A stretch of 64,000 bases of DNA from the NCBI GenBank assembly GCA_965198175.1, contig OZ240245.1, forward strand, positions 2,528,001-2,592,000, given 5' to 3'. Below, piece by piece: positions 51,001 to 61,961 of this stretch. Each line of letters begins with the position of its first letter. Position 1 is the stretch's first letter. The position numbers and the translations under genes were made by a program. Under the pieces are notes generated by a model. That model was not told where the DNA came from, searched no databases, and saw only the letters and a program-made list of their open reading frames with translations. The stretch is from Candidatus Poribacteria bacterium (GTDB lineage Bacteria; Poribacteria; WGA-4E; PCPOR2b).

Positions 51001-52458
51001 ATGACGAGAGAACCCCAATCCGCCCTTCTCACTGAATCGAACATGGCGTTGTTCGTGGACTACTACGAACTGACAATGGGCAAAGCCAATTTTGACAGCG
51101 AGAACAATGCAATTTGTAGCGAGAACTACTTCGTTCGTTCTATTCCACAGGGTGAGTATCTGATTGCAGCGGGGCTGGAACAAGTTATCCACTACATTCT
51201 CAATCTGCGGTTTACGGATTCGGATCTAAGGTGGTTGAAGGAAAGTAAGACAACGCCGGATATGAGTGACGAATTTCTCGATTATCTCCGTCACTTCAAA
51301 TTCGATGGCGATGTCCATGCGGTGTGTGAGGGAACGCCTGTCTTTGCAAACCAGCCGTTGATCGATATTACCGGCAGATCGATCGACGTGCAAATCTTCG
51401 AAACCTACCTCCTCAGCGTGATGAACTTCCAGACGCTGATTGCCACCAAAACAGCGCGAATCGTTCATGCAGCACGTGGGCGGACTTGCTTCGATTTTGG
51501 AGCACGGCGGGCGCATGGGAGAGATGCTGGCATTCTGGCAGCGCGAGCGTCTTTCATCGGTGGCGCCGCTGGAACCTCCCTTGTGGTCGCAGGACAGAAC
51601 TTTAACATCCCTTACGTTGGGACAATGGCGCACAAATTCATACTGGATTGCCCGTCGGAGTTGGAAGCCTTTCGCACGTATGCCCAATCTTTCCCATGTA
51701 ACACCACGCTGCTAATCGATACCTATGACACGATTCAGGGTGCAAAGCATGCCTGTATCGTTGGCACAGAAATGAAGGCTAAAGGACAACAATTGATGGC
51801 GGTTCGACTTGACAGCGGTGATTTACTTGCGCTCAGCAAATCAGTCAGAAATATCTTTGATGAAGCGGAACTAACTAACGTGCAGATTTTTGCGAGCCAT
51901 GACCTCGATGAATTTCAGATTGACCATCTGCTGCGGGCAGGCGCACCAATCGATGGTTTTGGCGTTGGTACCCGGCTGGCAACAGGTGCGAACTTTAATC
52001 CGTTGACAAATGAAGGTGGTCCATCAGCATTGCCGGGAGTATACAAGCAGGTTGAACGAATTGCGGATGATAAGGTCATTCCTACGATGAAACTCAGCGA
52101 TGATTCGGGCAAATCGACGCTTCCCAGCAGAAAACAGATTCACCGGCTGTACGATGCCGCTGGGACTTATGTGAAGGATGTGATTAGCCTCTGGGATGAA
52201 TATCCACAAGAGGTCGATTCCCTTCCCGGAATATACACAAGTCAGCCCCTGCTAACACCAATTGTCCACCAAGGAGAGTTGGTTTATTCATTTCCGGATT
52301 TGATAGAGGCCCAAACCCTTGCGAAGGCTGAATTGTCGAAGCTGCCAGAAGCCTACAGAAGGTTGACGGGAGCCGAGAAATATCCTGTGACTTTGAGTAC
52401 GGGATTGAAAACCTTGCTGAAGCAACTTACCCAAAAGCAGCATTCGTCGCTGGCTTAG
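51001..52458 (+). CDS. pncB: Nicotinate phosphoribosyltransferase
   Basis: DYYELTM, DFGARRAHG, GTMAH, LIDTYD, VRLDSGDL, FGVGTRL. Confidence 0.93.
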   Translation: MTREPQSALLTESNMALFVDYYELTMGKANFDSENNAICSENYFVRSIPQGEYLIAAGLEQVIHYILNLRFTDSDLRWLKESKTTPDMSDEFLDYLRHFKFDGDVHAVCEGTPVFANQPLIDITGRSIDVQIFETYLLSVMNFQTLIATKTARIVHAARGRTCFDFGARRAHGRDAGILAARASFIGGAAGTSLVVAGQNFNIPYVGTMAHKFILDCPSELEAFRTYAQSFPCNTTLLIDTYDTIQGAKHACIVGTEMKAKGQQLMAVRLDSGDLLALSKSVRNIFDEAELTNVQIFASHDLDEFQIDHLLRAGAPIDGFGVGTRLATGANFNPLTNEGGPSALPGVYKQVERIADDKVIPTMKLSDDSGKSTLPSRKQIHRLYDAAGTYVKDVISLWDEYPQEVDSLPGIYTSQPLLTPIVHQGELVYSFPDLIEAQTLAKAELSKLPEAYRRLTGAEKYPVTLSTGLKTLLKQLTQKQHSSLA

Positions 52459-52541
52459 CGAAGTTGACAAGCGTGATAGCAAATGTTGGACGGTATGCGC
52501 TTCACACGCTAACTTACTGACACAGAGACACGGAGGCTGAC

Positions 52542-53423
52542 ATGAAACTCGGCGTTGTCGGAATGTTGCCTGGAGATTTCAGGACATTTACGAGGGAACA
52601 GATGGCGTCAATTAGGGCGTCGCAATTCACAGGATTTGGATTTCATTTTGATGGAGATGATGTCTTCGAAATCACAAACGAAGCGTGCAAGCAGTTCAAT
52701 ACATTTATGATGGCGGAAAATCTAGATTTGGTTCAGTTCGGTATTGCCTACAACGAGTGCCTTTTTGATACGGAAAAGGGTGTCAGGCAAAGAGTCACGG
52801 CGAAGATTAATCGCGGATTGGAAATTGCGCGTCAGATTGAAGCACATGTCTGTCTCATACGACCCGGGAGTCTAAACCCTGCGGGCCCATGGACGCCGCA
52901 TCGAGACAACTACCTGCCTGATAACATAGAACGTCTGATTGAGACGTTGATACCAATTGCTCAGAAGGCTGCATTAGAAGATGTGACCATCGTCATGGAA
53001 ACGCACGCAATTTCGATTCTGGATGCTCCAGAGACGTGCAAGGGAGTCGTCGATGCAGTGGGAAGTAAACATTTGCGGCTTGTTATGGACGCTGTCAACC
53101 ATTTCCAATCGCATCGGCAGGTCTACAATAGTGCGGATCGATTAAACCATATCTTCGATGTGATGGGGCAAATTGCGCCCGTGGCGCACATCAAGGATAT
53201 CAAGGTACAAAATGGTTTGGTCGTCCACATTGATGAAGAGGTTCCTGGCGAGGGCGAGTTGGATATTGGGCTGATGCTTAGAAGATTTGATGCCCTTTAC
53301 GCTGACGGCTATGGATTGATAGAACACTTACCGATGTCAAAGATTCCGCTTGCAGCGCAAAATGTCCGACGGATTGCCGCTGAGAATGGCGTCGGCATCC
53401 ACAGGGGGAAAACGTGCAGTTAA
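52542..53423 (+). CDS. Sugar phosphate isomerase/epimerase family protein
   Basis: ETH, DAVN, AHIKD, PGEGELD, LIEH metal-binding pattern. Confidence 0.8.
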   Translation: MKLGVVGMLPGDFRTFTREQMASIRASQFTGFGFHFDGDDVFEITNEACKQFNTFMMAENLDLVQFGIAYNECLFDTEKGVRQRVTAKINRGLEIARQIEAHVCLIRPGSLNPAGPWTPHRDNYLPDNIERLIETLIPIAQKAALEDVTIVMETHAISILDAPETCKGVVDAVGSKHLRLVMDAVNHFQSHRQVYNSADRLNHIFDVMGQIAPVAHIKDIKVQNGLVVHIDEEVPGEGELDIGLMLRRFDALYADGYGLIEHLPMSKIPLAAQNVRRIAAENGVGIHRGKTCS

Positions 53424-54160
53424 CGAACAAAGTTGCTGTGATTACCGGCGGTGCGACCGGGATTGGTGCGGCGTCAGCAATCTGCTTTGCCCGTGCTGGC
53501 GCACAAGTGGTCGTCGGTGATATTAACCTCGACGATGGCGAAAAAACAGTCGCATCCATCCAGTCCGAAGGCGGTAACGCAAGATTTTTCCGCACTGACG
53601 TTACAATAGAAGCCGAAGTCGCTCATTTGATGAAGACCGCCGATCGAGTGTTTGGACGGCTTGATGTGTTGTTGACCTGTGCGGGCATCTTGCGGAGCCC
53701 CCACATTCGAGTAGATGCATTTGATGAAACGACATTTGAATCCGTAATCGACGTGAATCTTAAAGGCACATTTCTGTCGATTAAACACGTCGCACCAATT
53801 ATGGAACGCATGGGCGGTGGTGTTGTGTTATGTGTCGCGTCGGGAGCTGGCGTAACTAGTGGAAGTTCATCAGTGGCATACGGCGCCAGTAAAGGCGGAG
53901 TGCACGGGTTGGCGCTCACAATTACCCCACAGCTGACACCCCTCAATATACGGGTGCATACAATCTGCCCTGGCAACATCAAAACACCGCTGAAACTTAG
54001 CCAAATTGCTGAATCTGCTGAGCGGGTAGGCGGATCCCCAGAAGCCGCTGTTGAGAACGCCCGTCAATCGTTAGGCGAACCGTCCGGTGTTGCTCGCGTG
54101 CTCACCTTCCTCGCATCTGATGATGCTTCGTATGTGAGGGGCACAATCTACACGCGATAA
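53414..54160 (+). CDS. Short-chain dehydrogenase/reductase
   Basis: TGGATGIG, YGASK (YxxxK), ICPG. Confidence 0.9.
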   Translation: MQLTNKVAVITGGATGIGAASAICFARAGAQVVVGDINLDDGEKTVASIQSEGGNARFFRTDVTIEAEVAHLMKTADRVFGRLDVLLTCAGILRSPHIRVDAFDETTFESVIDVNLKGTFLSIKHVAPIMERMGGGVVLCVASGAGVTSGSSSVAYGASKGGVHGLALTITPQLTPLNIRVHTICPGNIKTPLKLSQIAESAERVGGSPEAAVENARQSLGEPSGVARVLTFLASDDASYVRGTIYTR

Positions 54161-54308
54161 AAAGGGGAGTCCGCCGCCTTAAGTTGTCGTCCCCGGGCTT
54201 TTACATTTCCCCGTTTCCCTCTCTGCATCTCTCCTTGAGTTATGGCATCGTTTGTTCGTCCAGGACATTACTGCGTTGTGAATCGGCGATGTTGAAGAGA
54301 TTCAATGC

Positions 54309-54337
54309 TTGAAACAAACGCCATTGGAATCTACAAT
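54309..54337 (+). promoter_or_regulatory. sigma70-like promoter
   Basis: TTGAAA-17 nt-TACAAT, about 290 nt upstream of the small ORF at 54626. Confidence 0.5.
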
Positions 54338-54625
54338 CAAGCGTCTGAGGCTTTCCTTCGTTGTTTCTGAAGGGCGGTCGTATCTGTTGTGTCGTTTTGA
54401 ACATACTATATCAGCGGCAAAGCTTTTTCTTTCGCCTTATGACTACGAATGATATCTTCATTTAGAAGAAACCGCAGGAGAAAAGGAGGCGCAAAGTAGA
54501 CGAAGAGTTCAGAAATTGAATATATCCCACAGGAGTGAAACCCGAATTGTGATTTGTCGTATATGATGGTAAAGGGAGCAATTTACCCGTTCTATTGAAC
54601 AAATACTGACATAGGAGGAAATTTA

Positions 54626-54775
54626 ATGTTTAACGGTATTGAACTCTTCTTGGGGGTCGCATGCTCACTGATGGGAATTGCAGTAGGGTATGTGTTTCTT
54701 GTTACCTTCTTTGCAGGTCTGCAGTTTATTTCTAAACATCAATCAGAGAGCATTGCAAATGAAGATTCGTCATAA
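54626..54775 (+). CDS. Small single-TM membrane protein (49 aa), below the ORF-track cutoff
   Basis: AGGAGG RBS 7 nt before ATG; MFNGIELFLGVACSLMGIAVGYVFLVTFFAGLQFISKHQSESIANEDSS. Confidence 0.65.
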   Translation: MFNGIELFLGVACSLMGIAVGYVFLVTFFAGLQFISKHQSESIANEDSS

Positions 54776-55023
54776 TTGGAGAGCATAATAGATAAGTTCA
54801 CAAAATACTTCCGAAAGCAGAGGTAGAAGTCATAGACGACCTAATCGCCAACTCTCCGATAGGGTAGAAATAGTTAGGAAAACACTTGACAGTTGCAATG
54901 GTCTTCTGATAGCATTTTCTATATATTTTGATTATGTTCTTCGTTGTCAAAATGGTAGGCATGCCAGACATAGTTTTGCGGCGTTCAATCTTCGTCCCTT
55001 TTGCCTTACGCTAGTGATAACGC

Positions 55024-55713
55024 ATGCTTTATAAGCAACTCCATCGGTGGGATATCACCTCCGAGGAAGGTCGCCACATTCAGAATGAACTGCGGGATCA
55101 AGTTATACGCGAAGATGGATTCGGCGAAATCAACCGGGTTGCCGGAGTAGATCTCGGTTTTAGACAAGACATTGCCCGCGCTTCCATTGTTGTGCTTAGC
55201 TTTCCAGAGCTACAGCCGGTGGATGGCGTTATTGCCGAGAGCCAAGTTCAATTTCCTTACATCCCGGGCCTATTGTCCTTTCGTGAAACCCCTCCGTTAC
55301 TGAAAGCCTTTGAACAATTGGATACAGAACCGGATCTCATCATTGCCGATGGACAGGGTATTGCGCATCCGAGACGTTTTGGGATAGCATCACATCTCGG
55401 TCTTATCTTGGACAAACCGACGATTGGTTGTGCAAAATCACGGTTGTGGGGAAAGCACAGTGTTCCACAAGGCGAGGCGGGATCGGTTACGTATCTCCAT
55501 GACAGGGAAGAAATTATTGGTGCAGCGGTTCGCACGAGATCTAACGTCAAGGAGGTTTTCATCTCGATTGGACATCGAATCTCCTTGGATTCAGCAATTA
55601 ACTTGACCTTAGCCTGTTGCCGGAATTACAGACTGCCAGAAACAACGCGATACGCTCATCATGCAGCATCTGGGAAATTTTGCATACAGAAAAGAGACGA
55701 AACACAAGAGTAA
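55024..55713 (+). CDS. nfi: Endonuclease V
   Basis: AGVD, FPYIPGLLSFRE, DGQGIAHPRRFGIASHLG, GCAKSRL, YRLPETTRYAH. Confidence 0.95.
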   Translation: MLYKQLHRWDITSEEGRHIQNELRDQVIREDGFGEINRVAGVDLGFRQDIARASIVVLSFPELQPVDGVIAESQVQFPYIPGLLSFRETPPLLKAFEQLDTEPDLIIADGQGIAHPRRFGIASHLGLILDKPTIGCAKSRLWGKHSVPQGEAGSVTYLHDREEIIGAAVRTRSNVKEVFISIGHRISLDSAINLTLACCRNYRLPETTRYAHHAASGKFCIQKRDETQE

Positions 55714-55763
55714 CTTGCGCCCTTATAACGATGTGAAAGTGTTTTCAACGGATAGGAGTGTGG

Positions 55764-56939
55764 ATGAACATATTTTCAAAGCGTCTACATCGGTTGCCGC
55801 CCTATATGTTTGGTAAGCTCAAACAGTTGACCCATGAAAGACGGCAGCAAGGGGTTGACATCATTGATTTAGGGATGGGTAACCCAAGTCAACCAACACC
55901 TCAACACATCGTAGATAAGCTTTGCGAAGCAGCGCAAGAACCGCGCCACCATCGTTACTCCGCTTCACGCGGAATTTATAACCTGCGACGTGAGATTTCA
56001 TGGCATTACGACCGACGGTTTGGAGTCCAAATTGATCCGGAGCAAGAGGCAATTGCGGTAATTGGTACCAAAGAGGGGTTTGCTCATCTTGCATTAGCAT
56101 TGATTGATGAAGGCGACCTTGCCCTCGTCCCCAATCCAACCTTTCCCATCCACATCTACAGTATCGTTCTCGCCGGCGGCAGCGTTGTCAGTCTTCCGCT
56201 GCGGGAAGAGAACCAGTTTGTGCCGAGTCTTGATGAAATTGCTAGAGACATCTGGCCGAGACCCAAGGTATTAATCCTGAGTTTTCCACACAACCCTACT
56301 GGAGCCGTAGTAGACCTCGCATTTTTTGAGGAAATCGTTGACTTTGCCAAGAGACAAGACATTATCGTAATACACGATCTTGCCTATGCTGACATTGTCT
56401 TTGATGGCTATGAAGCACCGAGTTTTCTGCAAGCCAAAGGCGCTAAGGACGTTGGCGTTGAGTTCATTTCTCTATCGAAATCCTACAATATGGCGGGCTG
56501 GCGCTGCGGATTCGCTGTTGGCAATCAGGAGATTGTTGGCGCGCTAGCGAGGATTAAAGGGTACTATGATTACGGCATTTTTGCTCCCGTCCAGGTTGCC
56601 GCGATTATGGCATTGCGAACCCCTATGGATTTTCTGAAAGAAAATGCCGAAACGTATCGCCAGCGACGTGATGTCCTGGTAGAAGGTCTCAATCGAATCG
56701 GCTGGAAGATGCAAAAACCGAAAGCGACGATGTTCGTCTGGGCGCCAATTCCTGACCGATTTCGTCATCTCAGTTCAATGGATTTTGCAATGAAACTGCT
56801 TGATGAGGCTGAAGTTTGTGTCTCCCCCGGTGCTGGATTCGGACAAAATGGCGAGGGATATGTTCGGATTGCGCTCGTTGAAAATGAAGATCGCATCCGC
56901 CAAGCGGTACGACAGATTCGCCGCGCGTTGTTCAAATGA
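55764..56939 (+). CDS. Class I/II PLP aminotransferase, AlaC-like
   Basis: [55 protein letters not shown]. Confidence 0.88.
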   Translation: MNIFSKRLHRLPPYMFGKLKQLTHERRQQGVDIIDLGMGNPSQPTPQHIVDKLCEAAQEPRHHRYSASRGIYNLRREISWHYDRRFGVQIDPEQEAIAVIGTKEGFAHLALALIDEGDLALVPNPTFPIHIYSIVLAGGSVVSLPLREENQFVPSLDEIARDIWPRPKVLILSFPHNPTGAVVDLAFFEEIVDFAKRQDIIVIHDLAYADIVFDGYEAPSFLQAKGAKDVGVEFISLSKSYNMAGWRCGFAVGNQEIVGALARIKGYYDYGIFAPVQVAAIMALRTPMDFLKENAETYRQRRDVLVEGLNRIGWKMQKPKATMFVWAPIPDRFRHLSSMDFAMKLLDEAEVCVSPGAGFGQNGEGYVRIALVENEDRIRQAVRQIRRALFK

Positions 56940-57093
56940 AGCATTGCTAGAAGTGGTTGTTTAATGACAGATACAACTCAATGAAGGCTTGACAAAGGAA
57001 TATCTAGTGGTGGGATATAGTTGGGATTTGTCAAGTAAGTTCAGGCGAAGAATCTGGACATGCGATGCGACACACTTTGGAAGTTAACCTACC

Positions 57094-58176
57094 TTAAAAA
57101 AGCCCTGAGATAGAAATCCGCTGAGAATCGCCAAGGTCATGGGCGTTGAAGGCGTAATCCGCAAATAATTTTGCTTCGCCCAAAGGAAAGCGAAGCCCGG
57201 CACCAGCGGCGAGTTCATCCCCATCCGCACCAATGCGCAGTGCAATCACGTTAAACATCCAGTATTCCACACCATAACGGAAAATCACATTACTGCCGGA
57301 ATCCTCGCTATCCTCAAGATTCTCCCGGTTTGTTTCCAAGTCTGCACCCAACGTCACCTTACCGATAAGGGGAAGGGATATTTGGTAGGAGGTGCCGAAC
57401 CGTAGTCGAGGATCACGCGTGAACGTCGGGCGAGTCTCTGTGTTCCAACGAATCTGGGTACCAGTGGCATCTACTAAAGCCACGCCAATCCGCAAACCGC
57501 GATACGGACCAAGCAATAAGCCGAGATCGATCCCAAAACCACTTCCTCTGTTTTCAAAAATCGACTGTCTAAGTAGCTTCAAATTGCCACCGACTGCAAT
57601 GCGCTGATTGACTTGACGTGCGTAAGAGATTAACACTGCATTATCGGTATTACTGAAGGTCCCAGCAATGATCGGGAGATCGATGTATAGTTCCCCTGCT
57701 TCCTTGATTTTGTTGTTGTTCTTGTCATCAAAATCTCCCAAAATTCCATTACCATTTTTATCGACAAAAGTAGTGAGCGGGATGTCGTCCACACCGAGTC
57801 GAATCCAACTGATTCCAACGGTCCCGATGTTTTCAATCTGCTGAATATAATTGACAAAATTGTATTGCACCAATCCTTTGCCGAGAAACCGTCCTCCATC
57901 AATGCCAAAAGACTCCGAATACATAGCGGAAAAGGCGTGTTTTTTGATTTGGGCGAGTCCCGCCGGGTTCCAGTATGTTGCTGTAGCATCATCGGCGACG
58001 GACACAAACATACTACCCATCCCCAATGCACGGGCACCAACACCATGACTGAGAAACTCCGCCGCATGGCTTCCTTCATCCGCCGCTCCCACCCTTATGA
58101 ATACAGCCAAATGCCAAAACATCAGTGCGAACAGTAAGACAACTAGATACTTCTTGCGAAAAGATACGATTAACAT
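57094..58176 (-). CDS. PorV/PorQ-family (FadL-like) outer-membrane beta-barrel
   Basis: AAEFLSHGVGARALGMG, ADDATATYWNPAGLA, GFGIDLG, YGVEY, LRIG, DYA, terminal Phe. Confidence 0.8.
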   Translation of the reverse strand: MLIVSFRKKYLVVLLFALMFWHLAVFIRVGAADEGSHAAEFLSHGVGARALGMGSMFVSVADDATATYWNPAGLAQIKKHAFSAMYSESFGIDGGRFLGKGLVQYNFVNYIQQIENIGTVGISWIRLGVDDIPLTTFVDKNGNGILGDFDDKNNNKIKEAGELYIDLPIIAGTFSNTDNAVLISYARQVNQRIAVGGNLKLLRQSIFENRGSGFGIDLGLLLGPYRGLRIGVALVDATGTQIRWNTETRPTFTRDPRLRFGTSYQISLPLIGKVTLGADLETNRENLEDSEDSGSNVIFRYGVEYWMFNVIALRIGADGDELAAGAGLRFPLGEAKLFADYAFNAHDLGDSQRISISGLF

Positions 58177-58562
58177 AATTTTTCTTAATTGTAACTCCCG
58201 TCAAACGGATCGGCGAATCAGGGGCGTTTTAATCCTCGAATTTGGAGAAATACTTCCTTGACAGGCATTTGCACATTCCATACCTGTAAATCGTGTTTCT
58301 TGATAGTTGTAACGGCTGGGAAGAATCTTCATAAATTTACCTAGCTGCTACCTATCGAAAATCGAGGCATCGCCCCAGTTTTTTTGTCTTCTGCTCTACG
58401 CTCTGTTTATCATCCTTGCTCACTTGGATTACCAAATCCAAGCTTTATCCCAACTATGTTCAGTGGATCTGCCAATCCACTGCGGGCGAGGTAGCAACTT
58501 GGGACTATATTGTGAAGCGTGGATGTTACCCGTTTTTACGGTTTATCCTTTACGCGCCGCGC

Positions 58563-60047
58563 TCAGGTGAGCCTCAGAACAATATGCCCAAACTCAGACG
58601 CACCGGGTGAAGATCCAGCGAAAACTTCAGCTTCAAGTCCCCAAGCGAGTTTGTAGGCTGCGAGAATTTGGACAAGAGTGTTAGATACATCGCCATGGCT
58701 GAGTAAAGCAACAGTTCCACCACCTCCACCACCGGTAATTTTCGCACCGTATAATCCACCCCGCATTCCAATCTTCCGCGCCGATTGCACGATTTGTTCG
58801 ACTTGCGGTGAACCCAGCCCTACGCGAAAGCGGTAACTCCAGTTTGAAGCGTACATAAGTTCGCCCGCACACATCAAGGATGTTCGGACTTTCGCAGGAT
58901 TTTCACTTGCATTTTTTAGACACGTGATAAATTTTTGCACCCGGGCGTGCTCGTAAATCGGATGTTCGACGCGACTTCGAATTCGGTAGTTCTTTTTCGC
59001 ATCTACATGAGTTAGAGTATCCACAGTTTCACCGTACCGTTTGAGGAAGTCTTTGCCTTTCATCTCTGCTGGCAAGATTTTCCAACCTCTCTTCCGAAAA
59101 TTCTCCACAGAAAGTCTGCACAAGTAGTTGTCTCGCAATTCTTCTAGTTTCAACTCTTTTTGAAGGATTGCCAATCCCATAAATGCCGCAGTTCGTGCGT
59201 CAATATACGCCGGACTTGACTCACTCCGCCTTGACTTGCTGTGGATGCCAATCAGTTTCGTATTGGGAGGAATCGGCACAGCTTCAAGAACCTGATCAGG
59301 CTGGCAGAGAATCGAAAGGACTCTGTCCTGTTGTCCCGCGGCAGCGGCGATTCCAACCGTGATGCTGCGTGGCGTGCCAACGATTTGGTTCTCGACAATC
59401 TCTCCGAGCCGCGCAGTCTCGCGGGCGTTGAGGTTTAGTCCATACAGATGATTAATTGCGCTTAATGCAGCGACCCTAATCGCGAAAGAGGAACCCATCC
59501 CCGCGCCGGTTGGAATATTGCTTCTGATAACGACGACTGCACCGTGAGGAAACGCATCGACTTTTTTCTCCTTGAGAAGTACATAAAAACTGCTGAGAAC
59601 ATAGCCTGCCCATGAAGTTCTGGGATTCTGTGCGAAAAGTTGGCGAACTTGGGAAAAAGATTTGAGAATACCGTTTGTGTAGAAATCATCTAGAGAAATC
59701 TGGAAGCTAGAAGGATGGTTGTTCCCTTCAGTGTCATAAGTCAGTGCTTTTAATAGCCGATCCCTTCTCGCTTGGCTAGCTGCTACCGCTGCGCGTTCAA
59801 TCGTTGCCTCAAGAACGTTCGCACCACAATAATCGGCGCTACCACCCATCACATCAAGTCGCCCAGGTGCTCTTGTGACAAAAACCGTCCCCGCCTTTTC
59901 AAAACCAAATTCACCAAAAAGTTGACGGTCTTCATACCGAAGCATCGATTCAATCTCAAGGATGTCATCAGGTTTCTCTTCAGTCCCATAAATCTGCTCG
60001 ATTTGAATGGGTTTCCTTATCTCTTTGGGATCCGGGTAGACGTCCAT
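58563..60047 (-). CDS. GHMP sugar kinase (galactokinase / L-arabinokinase-like)
   Basis: RAPGRLDVMGG, IPTGAGMGSS, HPIYEHARV, GAKITGGGGGGTV. Confidence 0.85.
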   Translation of the reverse strand: MDVYPDPKEIRKPIQIEQIYGTEEKPDDILEIESMLRYEDRQLFGEFGFEKAGTVFVTRAPGRLDVMGGSADYCGANVLEATIERAAVAASQARRDRLLKALTYDTEGNNHPSSFQISLDDFYTNGILKSFSQVRQLFAQNPRTSWAGYVLSSFYVLLKEKKVDAFPHGAVVVIRSNIPTGAGMGSSFAIRVAALSAINHLYGLNLNARETARLGEIVENQIVGTPRSITVGIAAAAGQQDRVLSILCQPDQVLEAVPIPPNTKLIGIHSKSRRSESSPAYIDARTAAFMGLAILQKELKLEELRDNYLCRLSVENFRKRGWKILPAEMKGKDFLKRYGETVDTLTHVDAKKNYRIRSRVEHPIYEHARVQKFITCLKNASENPAKVRTSLMCAGELMYASNWSYRFRVGLGSPQVEQIVQSARKIGMRGGLYGAKITGGGGGGTVALLSHGDVSNTLVQILAAYKLAWGLEAEVFAGSSPGASEFGHIVLRLT

Positions 60048-60162
60048 AAGATATCAGCTTCTATCCATCCTTGATTGCTTCGAAACTTCCTCTCAATGAG
60101 AACTGAAACGTAGAACTGCAAAACACTCAATTATCGCGTTCACCATAGGACACGTATCGCGC

Positions 60163-61767
60163 TTATGGATTCACTACCATGACAGTTTGTCCGTCTTTAA
60201 GGGAATGCTGACCCGCAGTAACAACTTGCTCTGCTTCGGAGAGACCACTAGCAATCTCAACGATTCCTCCCCACGATAGACCAAATTCAACGCGTCTGCG
60301 TTTGCCGAGACCGTCATCAACGACAAAGACGCTCCGAGTCTTTCTCACACTATCTTCAATTACCGCGGAACGAGGGATTAGAATTGCGTTTTCATGAATC
60401 GCGACAGTAACCGTCACCTTGGCAAACATACCCGGTTTCAATTTCATCTCCGAGTTATCAATTGTAAACTCAACCCCTGCAGACCGGCTGCTCGATTCAA
60501 GGATTGGGCTAATTAAGGATATTGTCCCAACCACCGGATTGGTCAGGGCATCGACATGAACCCAGCCTTGTCCGCGAACGTCTAGTTTGCTCAGATCCGA
60601 TTCAATCACGCTGACAACTGCCTTCACGGTGTCCATATCAACAATCTCGAAGATCGGCGCGCTTAATGTAGCCATCCCGCCGAGGTCGAGGTATCGATTG
60701 GACACAATCCCTGAGATTGGCGCCGTAATTGACGCATCATCTAGCCGCGCCTTGGCAAGATCTAACGCAGCTTTTGCGTGTGCCATCGTCGTTTCGACAG
60801 TGTTAATCTCCGCTTCCCAACTCTTGGCAGCTTCTAACGCCTCCGCGTTTGCGAGCGTGGCTTTTGCTGCTTCAACTTGTGATTCGGCTAGCGCTGTATC
60901 TTTCTCCCAAGTTTTTGTCTCCGCTTGTGTACGTGCTACCTTGAGTATGGCTTCCGCGCCCTCTACTTGAGCTTCCATTGCTCGGATGTCTTCCTCCCGT
61001 GCACCATTCTCAATGAGCCGCATCTGTTCAACAGCGACTTCATACTGAGCATTGGCGACATCCAATTGTGTTTGTGAACTCTCAAAGGACTGGGCACTGA
61101 TTGCACCGGTCTCAAAAAGCTTTTTCATGCGATTATAATTACTCTTTGCGTTAGTAAGGCTAGCTTCGGCTTGGTTCACCGCCGCTTGTGTCTGTTTTCG
61201 ATCCTCGTCTCGTGCACCACGCTTGATTTTCTCAAGGTTCGCCTGAAGTGAGGCTAGCCCGGCTTCTGCTTGTTCAGTTTGGGACAGGGTGCGTGTTTGA
61301 GCAAGATCTAAGACCTGTTGCAGGGAAGTTTCCGCGGCAGCGAGTTGAGCACGTGCTTGGGCAGCCTGTGAATCAACCCGAACCTTTGCAAGTTTTTTTG
61401 CTTGGTCATACGCGGTTTCCGCCGACTGGTGGGCCGCCTCCGCTTGACGTATTTGAAAGTCGAGTGTTTCATGTTCAATAATAGCCAGGCGTTCCCCTTT
61501 CCTCACACGGCTGCCTTCGTCAACACGCATCTCAATAATTATTCCGGCGACTTCGGGAAAAACTGTCACGTGTGAGTTTGCTTCTATTGTGCCGGACAAC
61601 TGTAACTCTTGTCGAATCTCCCCACGTCTAGCCTTTACCACCTCAACCGGTTTGGTGGTCGGAGCGACAACTTCCGCCGGTTTTGCGCGCTGGTTAGTGA
61701 CAAATCTGAGAGTAATAACCACGATAAAAACCAAAATAATGGCTGCGATAATCAATGCCTTTCTCAA
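60163..61767 (-). CDS. Efflux periplasmic adaptor (membrane fusion protein) with a long coiled coil
   Basis: N-terminal TM, VDEGSRVRKGERLA, long Ala/Gln heptads, ITAPISGIV, LKPGMFA, GLSEAEQVV. Confidence 0.9.
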   Translation of the reverse strand: MRKALIIAAIILVFIVVITLRFVTNQRAKPAEVVAPTTKPVEVVKARRGEIRQELQLSGTIEANSHVTVFPEVAGIIIEMRVDEGSRVRKGERLAIIEHETLDFQIRQAEAAHQSAETAYDQAKKLAKVRVDSQAAQARAQLAAAETSLQQVLDLAQTRTLSQTEQAEAGLASLQANLEKIKRGARDEDRKQTQAAVNQAEASLTNAKSNYNRMKKLFETGAISAQSFESSQTQLDVANAQYEVAVEQMRLIENGAREEDIRAMEAQVEGAEAILKVARTQAETKTWEKDTALAESQVEAAKATLANAEALEAAKSWEAEINTVETTMAHAKAALDLAKARLDDASITAPISGIVSNRYLDLGGMATLSAPIFEIVDMDTVKAVVSVIESDLSKLDVRGQGWVHVDALTNPVVGTISLISPILESSSRSAGVEFTIDNSEMKLKPGMFAKVTVTVAIHENAILIPRSAVIEDSVRKTRSVFVVDDGLGKRRRVEFGLSWGGIVEIASGLSEAEQVVTAGQHSLKDGQTVMVVNP

Positions 61768-61795
61768 CTTGAAATCTCCGTCAATGTAATAGATT

Positions 61796-61961
61796 AGGAC
61801 TTACACAGTTAAACCTGCAAAGTCTCGGAGTTCGATGAATTCTTACCAGAGAACACAATGCAGACCCCATAAATCGGGTAAGACAAAGGGTCTTTGGGTT
61901 TGTAGTAGGGCACACAACATGCAACGTATTGCGGTACTACAAATGCAACTGCGTAAGTCTT
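61796..61961. mobile_element. Degenerate MITE-like element (166 bp)
   Basis: Termini AGGACTTACACAGTT and AACTGCGTAAGTCTT (13/15 inverted match); flanks TGTAATAGATT and TATAATATATT (9/11); internal IR TTTGTAGTA (61899-61907) / TACTACAAA (61935-61943). Confidence 0.55.
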
